From positions 73,968,001-74,032,000 of the forward strand of contig CM059432.1 in NCBI GenBank assembly GCA_030390025.1: a DNA stretch of 64,000 nucleotides, in the 5' to 3' direction. This document shows positions 24,515-36,719 of this stretch, piece after piece. This DNA is from Squalus acanthias (lineage: Eukaryota). The position numbers and the translations under genes are program-made. The notes under the pieces are model-generated. The model made no database searches, had not been told where the DNA came from, and saw only the letters and a program-made list of their open reading frames with translations. The stretch's first letter is position 1; every line of letters starts with the position of its first letter.

Positions 24515-24750
24515 ACTTTTTTACGCAACGAGTGGTTAGGATTTGGAATGCACTGCCTGATAGGGTGGTGGATACAGATTCAATAGTAGCCATCAAAAGG
24601 GAATTGGATAAATACTTGAAGGAGAAAAAGTTGCAGGGATATGGGGAAAGAGGTGGGGGAGTGGAACTAACTGGATTGCTGCTCTTCAAAAGAGCCGGTG
24701 CAGACTTGATGGGCCGAATGGCCGCCTTCTGTGCTGTACTATTCTGATTT
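24515..24750 (+). mobile_element. CR1 3' end
   Basis: FFTQRVVRIWNALPDRVVDTDSIVAIKRELDKYL plus GATGGGCCGAATGGCC tail. Confidence 0.88.
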
Positions 24751-26295
24751 TTGTAAACCACTTTGGCACCATTTTTTGCATCACTGTATTCTCACAAGCT
24801 ACACCATCAGTGATATGTTGCCCAGATTGCTTAGTGTCTAGTTAGCAAATTTAATTAATCTGGATCTTTTCTGCTAGGTCTCCTTTTTTAGTTTGCCTGC
24901 TTGATGGGTCGACAATGAGAAATGGTATCTTGGGTTTGAGTCTGACCACAGTAATGTAGTTTATACAAATGTATGTACAGTGACTGACAGGAAAAGACGC
25001 AGTGGTCCATCCAGCCTGCCCCACAGAACTGCGATGCCTGAACTTCATAACATATACACTCCCCACCTGAAAGCCATGTAATTTCTATGCATTGACTCAT
25101 CACCAGGTTGCCTGCGTACACACTAACTCATCTGTTGATGCAGATGTGAAAATAAGTTCAAAACATAACTTTATTGGGAAAAACTTTGTGGCTGTAATTC
25201 AAATGAAGGATTCGTGTATCTGAAATCTTGAGCAAAGCTAGAGCACTTTATCTGAAACCTGAAGTTGGGGCTGAACAAAGTGTGCTGTGGCAATCCTCAC
25301 AGATGTTACAGAAATATATATAAAAGCTATTTTCAATTCACAATTTAAAAGCTCCCATTGAGGGTTTTAAATTCACATTTTAAACCTTCAACAGGAGGGT
25401 TTAAAGTGTGAACTTAATCTGCTTAAATTTTTCATGGCTATATCAATCTCCTGTGGTGTTGCACTCTAGTCAAAACCAAGTGTAGTCTTGTGGTGAAGCA
25501 GAGTTAGAGGGCAGGAGATAATTTGTTCCAAGTTGCATAGACATAATTCAGGCTTCATTTTAAAGTCATACATTTTGTCCTTATTTTTATATTTCTAAAC
25601 TATGTAAACCTCTTGTGCTACAACACCTCCACTGTTACTAGGATGTGATTATAGTGTGAAATTTACATGTGCAGATATAAACATTTTAATATATAAAATG
25701 CTTCCTGTCCTGTGGCTAGGTTGGGATCCGAATCAGTATTTAATGAGATCAGTATTTTAGAGCAGCGATGCACTCAAGTTTTGATGGGGTCAGACAGGTT
25801 AAGGAATTCTCAGAATCTGCTCGAGATTCATGGTTACTCTGCATTATAACTATCTAGATGGCATCTGTTACTGAGTTCCTTTTTAAAAAAAAAAAAATAG
25901 AAGACCAGTGATAGGAATATATTTTCAGCAGTTTTCTAGTACTATTTGCATAAACAGAACATTTTCAGGATTTGGGCTAGAGTGCATTGCTGTTTTGAGT
26001 TTAATTGTGTGTAAGTGATAGGTGCTGTCCTAGAGGCTTTGCCATTTTAAGCACTTTAATAAATTGCTGGAATCACAGTCCATTACCTAACTCACTCAGT
26101 TAACTAGCTAACGATTATGTGGATTGGAGATTTTCCATTGTTACAAAACATATTTAGGTGTATAATGTCTTAAATTACTATAAGGGTCTACGGTACAGAC
26201 TATTACATGCTCAGATTAGAAAAGATGTATTTGCCAGTAACTGTTAACTGCAGTTATAGAACATAAGTGACAAACTCCCAAAGTTCCTAATTGAG

Positions 26296-26297
<2 letters not shown>

Positions 26298-26329
<32 letters not shown>
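26298..26329. repeat. (TC)16 microsatellite
   Basis: Direct observation. Confidence 0.97.
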
Positions 26330-26332
<3 letters not shown>

Positions 26333-26410
26333 ATATATTGGCTAATAGTGTGACGAAACAAAATGCTCAAATGTAGGCATGCCTTCTGACAAGGTCGACA
26401 ATTATGATTT

Positions 26411-26995
26411 AACACCTCCATTCAGTCCATAAGGGTGACCCTGAGCTTCCAGTCGCCTGTCACTTTAATGCTCTGCTCCACTCCCACTCTGACCTCTGTC
26501 GTTGGCCTCTTGCACTGTTTCAATGAAGCTCGGAGTGGCACTTTACAGCCTTCTGGACTCAACATTGAGTTCAACAATTTCAGACTATAACCTCTACCCC
26601 TATTTTTTTTATTTTTTTCTCTCGGCAGCTGTTGATCATTCTGCCATTTACACTTCATCTAGAGCCATCTTTTGTTTCTTAACTTGTCCCAATACCATCT
26701 CCTTTTGCCTTGCACCATCATCTCTTTTTTGTCTCTTAATCTCTCTTGCCTTCCATCCTCCTTCCATCCTATCACAGACCTTCCCTTTTGTTCTTTCCTC
26801 CCCTCTCCCTTTCCCTGCCCCAACACTTGCTTAAAAACCTGTTCCACCTCCAGCTTTTTCCAGTTCTGACGAAGGGTCATCGACCTGAAACGTTAACTCT
26901 GTTTCTCTCCACGGATGCTGCCTGACCTGAGTATTTCCAGCATTTTCTGGTTTTATTTCAGATTTCCAGCATCTAAAGTATTTTGCTTTTGTATT
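26411..26995 (+). mobile_element. Penelope-like element fragment (copy 2)
   Basis: Aligns to 15800-16395 (AACACCTCC.TTCAGTCC.TAAGGGTGACCC..GAGTTCAACAATTTCAGA), with the same tail. Confidence 0.88.
26862..26898 (+). ncRNA. Minimal type I hammerhead ribozyme motif, intact core
   Basis: AGTT-CTGACGA-A-GGGTC-ATC-GACCT-GAAA-CGTT-AACT. Stem I AGUU/AACU, 5-bp stem II, palindromic ACGU in place of stem III, GUU cleavage triplet. Confidence 0.7.
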
Positions 26996-27066
26996 ACTGT
27001 TAAGAATTAATTGTATATTATGTAGCTTTTTATGAGTTACTGATGGCGTGCAAAGAAAAGCTCATT

Positions 27067-27740
27067 GGGCCAGATTTTGCTGTGACCGGCAAACGAACAG
27101 CACCATCCATGTGTTAGACTTGCACTTGGCCATCGACTTTTTCCATGAGGGCAAGTTGCTGTCAGTGGGACATCCAGACGGTGCGAAGCTCTCTGAACAG
27201 GGCAAGCAACTCAATTTCCTTAATCAATCAGATTGAAGAATTGTTAATGAGCAGTAGAGTCCAAATCCCCAGAAATGTCAAGATAGAATATTGAATTCAA
27301 TGTCAAATCAGGTACTGAAAGCTAAATAGAAGGAAAGAAAGATTGGATTAAGAGAGCGATAAGAGACAAAAGTTTAAGAAAAATATATATTTTTTAAATA
27401 AATAAACCTCCCAATGCTAATTAAAAGCTGAAGGACTGAGACTCCACACTTGTAAAAGTTTTCAGTGCCAGAAAAGTTGTTTGATAGTAACTATAACTTA
27501 CCATGCTGTTAAGAGGGTACTTACACTGTGTTTAATCTGTATCTACGATGTCAGTACAGGAACTTCACGGTGTTCAATACATTCGAATGGGGAGCCAGAT
27601 GGCACGATCCTGGACAGCAGCTTCTGGATTTTTGCGTTTAACTGCACATGAGCACTTGCCAGAAGTTGCTGTCTGATTTTCACATAAATAACGGTGCGTG
27701 TTGTTAGCCTCACAGTTATTTTCGCAGCAAAATCTGCCCC
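27067..27740. mobile_element. Harbinger-type MITE (family B)
   Basis: TIRs GGGCCAGATTTTGCTGTG / CGCAGCAAAATCTGCCCC (16/18); flanks ATT/AAT. Confidence 0.88.
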
Positions 27741-27819
27741 AATGTAAATTTATTCAGCAAGGCAAACAATGGAAATCGTATCGTGAATTTGATGGGCTAT
27801 TTAATGTGATGTATTTCTC

Positions 27820-28078
27820 CTGGAATCATGGAATGGTTACAGCACAGGAGGAGGCCATTCGGCCTGTTGAGTCCGTGCCGGCTCTAATAGCATTTCAGCT
27901 AGTCCCATTCCCTGTAGCCCTGTAAATTTTTTTCTTTCAGGTACTTAGCCAATTCTCTTTTGAAAGCCACAATTGAATCTGCCTCCACCACCCTTTCAGG
28001 TAGTGCATTCTGGATCCTAGCCACTCACTGCATAAAGTTTTTCCTCATGTCGCCTTTGGTTCTTCTGCCAATCACCCT
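27820..28078 (-). mobile_element. CR1 3' end
   Basis: Near-identical to 57965-58240; reverse complement of a CR1 tail. Confidence 0.85.
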
Positions 28079-28338
28079 ACCCACACAGAATTTTTAATTT
28101 ATTGGAGCAGGTCTAGTAATGTTGTATTGGTGCACTGTTAACACCATCTATCCATAATAAAAATGTAAACATCTCCATTTCTTACATTTTTAAAAAACTT
28201 GTAATAGAAATATAATTAGCTTTTGCAGTTAACTTTAAACTGCAAGATAAAGGGCTACAACTTTAATTGGAATGGCAGACTTTTAGAAAGCTTCTAGGTA
28301 TCTGTTCTATAAATATCCTCAAGTTAATGGGTTACCTA

Positions 28339-28768
28339 ATCAGCTTGGTTCAGTTGCAAGTATTCTTGTATCTGTACCAGAAGGTTGTGGGTTCAGATTC
28401 CACTACGAATGTGAGCACATAATCTAGCCTGTGCTGAGGGAGTACTGCATTGTTCAGGGCACCATCTGACCAGCGGGATGCTAAACTGAAGTCTGTGTCC
28501 CTGTTCTGATGTTTTAGGTAAATTTAAAAGGTCTGTGGTACTGTTTGAAGAGGAGCAGGCAATTTTCCTGATGTCCTGGCCAACATTCCTCTCAACAAGT
28601 GCCATTAAAACTGTAACTGGTCATTCATCTCCATTACTATTTGTAGGATTTTTTTTGAAAAAATCAGCTACTGTTATCCATGTAAGTGACTTCACTGCAA
28701 AAGTAATTTGTTCTGAAGAGATTTAGGACATTCTGAGCATACAATAATACCCTGCATAAATGTGAGTT
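28339..28768 (+). mobile_element. Deu-domain SINE, degenerate
   Basis: CAGAAGGTTGTGGGTTCAGATTCC B-box region; GAAGAGGAGCAGG..TGTCCTGGCCAACATT body. Confidence 0.7.
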
Positions 28769-29184
28769 AAGATGTTACCTTTTTTAAATTCTGTCTGACT
28801 TCAGATTTCCCTCCAGGGGCTAGAGTTATAAGTAGGCTTCCCCAACCAAGTTTTAAATACTGTGTTTTATCTATACTATGTCTTGGAGAAAATTTACAAC
28901 ACTTGATTTTGGATTTGAGTGCACTTCAATAAGCATGCTTGTAGCTGCTATATTGAAAATTGCCAGTGAGTGTTAACGTCACCATATCTTTGGGTTATTG
29001 GTTGTAACTTTGATTACACCCAGAATCTGGCTTTTCTGGTCAACATCGAGGAAAGCGATAGCGAGACCCAGTGATTGTAACACAGAACCCTTATTCTTTG
29101 CACCAGCTACTGGAATTGTCATTTTCTTCTTTTGAATGGCAGACATACCAATTGTAGGCGTTGGACCAACAAGTGGTTTTATTT

Positions 29185-30624
29185 ACATAAGGATTACAAA
29201 GGATATACAGCACAGAAACAGGCCATTTGGCCCAACCAGTCCATGCCGGTGTTTATGCTCCACTTGAGCCTCCTCCTGTCTTTCCTCATCTAACGCAGTA
29301 TAACCCTTCCAATTTCCCTCATACTTATCTAGCCGCCCCTTCAATGCATCTATACTATTCGCCTCAACTACTCCGAGGTAGCGAGTTCCACATTCACACC
29401 ACTCATTGGGTAAAGAAGTTTCTTCTGAATTCCCTATTGGATTTCTTGGTGGCTATCTTATATTGATGACCTCTAGTTATGCTCTTCCTCGCAAGTGGAA
29501 ACACGCTGTATCTACTCTATCAAAACCTTTCATAATTTTAAAGACCTCAATTAGGTAACCCCTCAGCCTTTTTTCAAGTGAAGAGACCCAGCCTGTTCAT
29601 CTGTTCCTGATAAGTATACCCTTGCATTTCTGGTATCATCCTTGTAAATCTTCTCTGCACCCTCTCCAGTGCCTCTCTATCCTTTTTATAAATTGGAGAC
29701 CAGAATTGTATGCAGTACTCCAAGTGTGATCTAACCAAGGTTTGATACGAGCTTAGCATAACTTAACAACTTTTCAGTCCTATCCCTCTCGAAATAAATC
29801 CTAGTGCCTTGTTAACCTGTGTTGCTACTTTTAGTGATTTGTGTATTTGTACACCGATCCCTTTTCTCCTCTACCCCACCCAGACTTGCACCCTCCAAGT
29901 AATAAGTGACCTCCCTATTCTTCCTACCAAAATGTAATACCTCACATTTGTGTTGAATTTAATTTGCCAATTATATGTCCATTCTGCAAGTTTATTAATG
30001 TCTTCCTGTAATTTGTTAGTTTTCCTCAGTATTAACTATCCCTGCCAATTTGGTGTTATCTGCAAATTTAGAAAATGTTTTTGATTCCAAAGTCTACATC
30101 GTTAATATAAATTGTGAATGACAGTGGTCACAGCACTGATCATTGTGGAACACCACTACCCACCTTCTGCCACTGAATAGCTACCCTTTACCCCTACTCC
30201 CTGCTTTCTGTCTTGAAGCCAGCTAGCTATTCATACTGCTACTTGTCTCCATACTCCGCATTATCTGACCTTTATTTTATTCTATTATGTGGTACCTTAT
30301 CGAAGGCCTTTGGAAAATCTAGATAAATTACATCTTCTGCATTACCCTTGTCTACTCTCTGTTACCTCTTCAAAGAATTCAATGAGGTTGGTCAAGCAAG
30401 ACTTTCCCTTTCGAAATCCATGCTGACTATTCATTGTTAGATTTTTGGCCTCTAGATGTTCTATTTTCTCCTTTAGTAGGGATTCCATTATTTTTCCTAC
30501 CACCAATGTTAAGCTGACTGGTCTATAGTTCCCTGGACATGTTCTATCTCTCTTAAATATAGGTATTATGTTAGCTATCCGCCAGTCCTCTGGCGCTACA
30601 CCTTTTTCTAATGAATTATTAAAT
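29185..30624 (-). mobile_element. CR1 LINE (RT to 3' tail), degenerate
   Basis: [49 protein letters not shown] and QHGF motifs on the minus strand. Confidence 0.88.
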
Positions 30625-30913
30625 TGTGTCCAAAAATGTGTGGGTTAGGTTGATTTGGCTATGATAAATTGACCCTTAGTGTTAGGGGGGGGATTAAATA
30701 TGTGGGGTTATGGGGATAGGATGGGATATGGTAGGGGGAATTAAATACGTGGGGTTACGGGGGTAGGGTGGGATATGTGTACTGTGGGGATTAAAGCAGG
30801 GACAGGGTACTGGATTTGGATGATCAGCCATGATCGTATTGAATGGTGGAGCAGGCTCGACGGGCCGAATGGCCTACTCCTGCTCCTAGATTCTATGTTT
30901 CTATGTTTCTATG
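30625..30913 (+). mobile_element. 5'-truncated V-SINE-like (HE1-like) element with a CR1-derived tail
   Basis: TCCAAAAATGTGTGGGTTAGGTTGATTTGGCTATGATAAATTGACCCTTAGTGT V-domain-like block; CR1 tail ending in TTTCTATG repeats; flanking TAAAT duplication. Confidence 0.7.
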
Positions 30914-31571
30914 TAAATGTGTAGTAAAGAGATGAATAGTATAAGTGAAATATATATTACTCTACATTCTTCAAATACATAAACAATAAATATGCCATTC
31001 ATTTTTCTCTAAATATAGGCCTCAAGCAAGTTACTTGCTATAACCTAAATCTAGCCTAAATTCCCTCGTTGGGCTGGTACTGAAACTTTTGACAAAACAA
31101 ATAGCCCCCTGGCTGTTGGCTGCAAGATTCTAACGCTGTCTGACATCCTAGTTTTGTATTTAAAACATGTTAAATGGGCTGAACACTTGCAAAGAGATCA
31201 TTCAGATGTAAAATCTTTTAGTTTGTGGCTTTTATCAAACTTTTGGACACTGTTGTTTTGCATTTTAATTTTAAAAGATTAGGTCCATACTCTGAACACA
31301 TTTTAATGTAGGTCAGTGACTTGCAACAAATATTTTAGAATAGTCAAAACCTGCATCTATTACATGCTAACTATTGACACCATCTGTGTGCGATTGGCTA
31401 ATGTTTGTGTTGCTCTTAACAGTAACAATAACTACATATTGCAGTATTCTCCAAGATCTTTCATCAGTGGTATTGCTTTTAGATGTTTGGAATTAGTATT
31501 GGTTTGTTAGGTGAACTTTTTCAACGCTGTTTCCATTTAATTAAGTAACATTAGCAGCCAAATGAAATAAT

Positions 31572-32283
31572 GGGCTGGAAATTGCTGAAAAAAATAACAG
31601 CATGCAAATGGCATATGTGCAAATCAGCCAGCAACAGGAAGATATACTTCATGAATTGTGAATCGCCACAGGTTGCTGGATGATTTGTGCCACTCCACCA
31701 TTAGCTTTGTGAAAATAGCATCTCTCCCTTAACCTCAGTTTCATGAAGTTGCTGCATTTGCACATTAAACTCAAAAGCGAAGTCTGGTAATTAATAACAT
31801 AAGTACCCTTTTAACACTGTGATAATTGTTAATGACTATCACTAAACCTCTGACCCAGAAAGTGAACAATTAAGTGTGGAGTCTCATTCCTTCAGGTAGT
31901 GAATTGTTGGAGATTTTAAAAATGTAATTTTAATTTTTTTAATTACTTTTCCTTTCTGTCTCTTGTCTGTCTGAATCCATCTTTCTTTCCCTCATTTCTT
32001 TTTGTACCTGATTTGACATTGGGTGAATTAGAATGGGTGAATTCATTCTAATTCACCATCCTTCTCAGTCCTTGCTCTGTTTATTAATCCTTAAATCTCA
32101 TTGGTTAATGAGATAGACTGTTGGTCCTCTCATTCACAAGTCCAAAATGCCCTGTTGCCCTTGCCATGCTGTTATCGGCCTGCACCTCCAGCAACTTGGA
32201 CAAAGATTTTTTGAAGTGAAGGGTGCAGGAAAAAGTCTAACTGGGCATGTTGCGAGATGCCCTGCTCCAGCAAATTCCAGCCC
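31572..32283. mobile_element. Harbinger-type MITE (family B)
   Basis: TIRs GGGCTGGAAATTGCTG / CAGCAAATTCCAGCCC (15/16); perfect AAT TSD. Confidence 0.92.
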
Positions 32284-33852
32284 AATACTTAATTTCCCTT
32301 GGGCATTGCATGTCAAGCAAATAAATTTACCTACTTGACTTATAATTAGTTTGAGTGGTACATTGTGCAAAATCTACTGTGTGCCTTCTGCTAAACATGA
32401 AAATCAGATTTGCCTTAATTCATGCTCCGTATGTCATCTTTCTATGCACGTTTGTACAATGTGAATATTGGCAGACTATTCAACTTTTGGGTGAGTGTGG
32501 GGGCACAACAGTTGAATCTGATTTTTTGCAAACATACGATCAGCAGTGGGAATGCTTATTGTTCCACTTTCTTATTCCTGCAAATCCTCTCCCTGTATCC
32601 CAAAGGTAGCAGCACTGAGGCCTAATATGTTGCAGCATTGGGTAACTTGCTAAAATCAAACAGGAATTTCTTGATTTTTCCCATACCTTCGGACTAGTGT
32701 CTAGTGATCAGTTCTGGAAAAGCCATGTGCTTAATACGCTTGAAAATATGAAATTGTAGATGGGCAGTACTGGATGTGATGTGTTAACTTTGATAAAGCC
32801 CCAAGACCTGCATCATCGTGTTGGTTTGTTTTTCCTCTGCTTAAAATGTTTTCTTCTCTGCTTTGTCATCCTTTTTGCTATTGAGTTGGGGCGAAGCCTG
32901 CAGTGTCTCAACATGAGGTTAGATTAAATAATCAGTCATTTTCAGTTTCCCAGGAGTCAGGCTGTTGGTTTTTTGGTGTCTTTTCTACCTTCTTTGCTCT
33001 AGGTTTTCAGCTTTCGTATCTTGGTCCACACTTATTGGTGAGTCACAGCCTCTTGTGCCTTTTGAGATTGTCTTCACTAGCTTTGCTATCTACTTAAATA
33101 GAGGATCTCTCTCCAGTCTTTAAGTTAGAGCATCACCTCAGTTTGTTCCAGGTCTATACTATTGAGCAGATTAAGCAATGAGCAAGCGAATATGTAACAC
33201 TACTTACAGTAGATATTTACCTCAAGCAGAAATTAACTATGCTAAACTGTTCTGTTTAAATATCTGATTTATGCAATTCTTAAATTAGCTAGCTAGTTTA
33301 CTATATTTCTGTGAAGATTTCAATTTTGTTGAATGCCCCAATGAAAGGATTCTGCCATGTTCGCTTCCTTTTATACACTTTGGTAGCAGAGGGTTGCTAG
33401 ACTTCCATTACTGGCAGTCGTGTTCAAAAATAATTGGCTATCATATCCATAACACAATTAGTTATGAAGTCTTTGTATTGATTTAAAATCTTTGCATTGG
33501 TCCCACACACAAACCTATTACTGCAGAAACAATGAGCCATTAAAAAAAAAGCACCGCAGAGAGCTGAGGCAACAAGTTTGAATTTAATGCTCAGCATAAA
33601 GTGTACTGCAGCTGGATGGTTGTTATTTAGTATGTCTACTGGCACTAACCCGTGCAGTATGCTACTTGCATCAAAACAAATGGCCTCTACAATTGGGACA
33701 GTGTATCAATGCAAACTTCTGCCAAAGGCTTAAAGTATTATTTGTCTGCAATTGTCCATTTATGATTACTGATGGGTATGATTGTTAAAATATCTGCTAC
33801 CAAAATATGGCACAGTTGCTTGCCACATTCCCCTCTGCTTTCCAGCAACTAA

Positions 33853-34257
33853 AGAAATAACTTGCATTTATGGTGCTTTTCATGACCTCAGAACATTCCA
33901 AAGTGTTGCACTACTAATTAAGTACTTTGGAGTGTAATTAAATACACTAAGAAACGTGGCAGCCAATTTGTGCACAGTAAGGTGCCATAAACTGCATTTA
34001 AATAAATGACCAGATAATCATTTTTAGCTGTTGGTTAAGTGATGAATGTTAGCCAGGACACTAGAAGAACTCCCCTGCTTTTTTTTTTAGAATAGTGGGA
34101 TCTTTTGCATCCACCTAGGAGGGTAGATGGGGTCTCTGTTTAATGTCTTATCCAAAAATGGCACCTCTGACCACCTGGAAGTGCCAGCCTAGATTGTGCT
34201 CAAGTCTCTGGAGTGGGCCTTGAACCCACAACCTTCTGACTGAGTCGAAGCTGACAC
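33853..34257 (-). mobile_element. Deu-domain SINE copy
   Basis: Reverse complement of the 19962 family (CTTGCATTTA..GCAGCCAATTTG..TTGAACCCACAACCTTCTGACT). Confidence 0.78.
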
Positions 34258-34549
34258 TAAGATTTATTCCCTCCTTTTATGGTAAATACCTTGTTTAGTT
34301 CCTGCAGGTTGCCCACTTGTAAGGCTTATAATGTTGAAAGTTTGTTGATTGACCTACTAAGTTAGTTAGCCTTATATTCTGGTGTACCTGTCATTTTGGA
34401 GTACTTCAAGCAATTGTTCGAAGTTGGTTTGAAATCAATTCTATTCATATTGTGGTTGTTTCAGTCTTTCACGATCTGTTTGTGTTTTGCTGATGGGGAT
34501 GCTGCGATTCGACTTGCTCGCAATACCTTTTCCCATATTTGCTGTAAAA

Positions 34550-36590
34550 TGCAAAGAGAATATGAAGAAAGGATCTCGATACTAAAGAATGGTAAAATAA
34601 CCAATGAATCTAACAGTAAAAAGAGAATTGTTAAATATAAGGTGGGACACCGAGAGGAGAGAATATTGTTAGTAGAGGGTACATGGAAATTAGTGAAGAT
34701 ACTGAAGTATTTTGCATCAGTGTTTACAGAGAAAGATATTTGAGGGAGTAAACCATTAAAAGGTCAAAAGTGAGATGAAAGGTGAATATTGGAGAAGTTA
34801 AACAAGCTAAAGCAGGACAAAGCGTCTGGACCAAACTGGATAACCCCCTCTAATCTCCTCCCCCCCCTCCCTCTCCGTCACCCGATCTATCACCTCTATC
34901 TATCCTTTATTTCCCCAGTTCCCCCTCTTTCTCCTTATCTGCCCCCTCTCACTCTCCCTGGCTTCTCTCCTGCCCTTCCTTCTGCTCCTAACCCTCTGTC
35001 CCTGGAGTAAATCCCAAGTAATGTGTCGCTTTCCCCCAAGGGATGGCGTTTGTTTCGTTAAGTAAGGTGCAGTCCCTCGATGGATGTGGTGTGAACTGTG
35101 GTACTCAGCCTAACAGCTCCGAGGGCCCCAGGTGACACCCCAGGCGTGTGCTCTGTTCATCTGGGTCAGTGCTGTTGGCCTCAGCACCCGTGTTTCAAGA
35201 TGGGAAGCAGAGAGTAGGGGTAAAGGGTAGCTATTCACAGTGGCAGAAGGTGGCACAAGGATCAGTGCTGGGACCACTGTTCACAATTTATATTAACGAT
35301 TTAGACTTTGGAATTAAAAACACTTTCTATATTTGCGGATTACACCAAATTGGCAGATAATCAATACAGGAAACTCTTTATTAACCGGGACCGGCGTGGT
35401 GCCGGTTTATCGAAAGTACCGGATAACGGAGTTATATCTACTGAGGCTATTTTTAACAAAGAAAAATAAATCAAGAAATGTGCAGTATACTTCCGACAGC
35501 GCCAGGAGGCCGAGTAGTGGCACTTTTGAAAAGTACCCTACTGACTAAATCGGCGTTCGCGGACTTGGACTCGGGATCGGCAACATTGCCGGTTATTTGA
35601 GAGGAGTTTTCGGAGTACTCTGCGTTCGCGGAGACTCGACTGCGACTCTGCAACATTGCCGGTTATTTGAGAGGAGTTTTCAGAGGATGATTTTTGCCGG
35701 TTAAGCGAGAATTCCGGATATTTGGGTGCCGGATAAACAAGTTTCCTGTACTGAGGAGGACTGCAACAAATTACAGGAAGATATTAATAAACTTTCAGAA
35801 TGGGCATATAATTGGCAAATGAAATGCAACACAGATAAATGAGATTACATTTTGGTAGGAAGAATAAGGAGGTCACTTATTACTTGGCGAGGGTGAGTCT
35901 GGGTGGGGTAGAGGAGCAAAGGGATCAGAGTACAAATACACATCACAAAGTAGTGACACAGGTTAACAAGGCCATAAAAAAAGCAAACTAGGCACTAGGA
36001 TTTATTTCTAAAGGGATAGAATTGAAAAGTAGTGAAGTTATGCTAAGCTTGTATTGAACCTTGGTTAGACCACACTTGGAGTACTGTGTACAATTCTCGT
36101 CTCCATATTATAAAAAGGATATAGAGGCGGTGCAGAGAAGATTTACAAGGATGATACCAGAAATGCGAGGGTACACTATCAGGAAAGGATGAACAGGCTG
36201 GGTCTCTTCACTTGGGGGGGAAGACTGAGGTGACCTAATTGAGGTTTTGATAAAGTAGATACAAAGAGTTTCCACTTGCAGGGAGGAGCATAACTAGAGG
36301 CCATCAATATAAGAGTCACCAAGAAATCAAATTGGGAATTCAGAAGAAACTTTACCCAGAGAGTGGTGAGAATATGGCACTTGTGACCATAGGGAGTAGT
36401 TGAGGCAGCTAGTATAGATGCATTTTAATGGATGCTAGATAACCATATGAGGGAGAAGGGAATAGAGAATTATGCGGATACTTAGATGAGGAAAGACGGG
36501 AGGAGGCTCAAGTGGAGCATAAACGCCGGCATGGACTGATAGGGCTGAATGGCCTGTTTCTGTGCCGTATATCCTATGTAATCCTATGAA
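34550..36590 (+). mobile_element. Degenerate CR1 LINE with internal insertions
   Basis: [51 protein letters not shown]; tail ATCCTATGTAATCCTATG. Confidence 0.85.
35367..35748. mobile_element. Tc1/mariner (Tigger-like) MITE, copy 1
   Basis: TIRs CAGGAAACT / AGTTTCCTG; TA TSD; internal ~70-bp direct duplication (35580/35650). Confidence 0.9.
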
Positions 36591-36719
36591 CTGGGGGGGG
36601 GAGGGAGTAACAGCAGAAGTCTTAAAAATTGTATTTCTGGGTTCAATTGAGTGCATTAGTAAATTCATATTCAATATCTTTGGCACTGAAAATTTTGGAT
36701 TTTTTTAAATTGAATAAGA

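Noticed and set aside
35550..35690. CRISPR-like repeat-spacer pattern
   Set aside because: Only two copies of a ~32-bp repeat, with related intervening sequences, inside a MITE in eukaryotic DNA. It is a tandem duplication.
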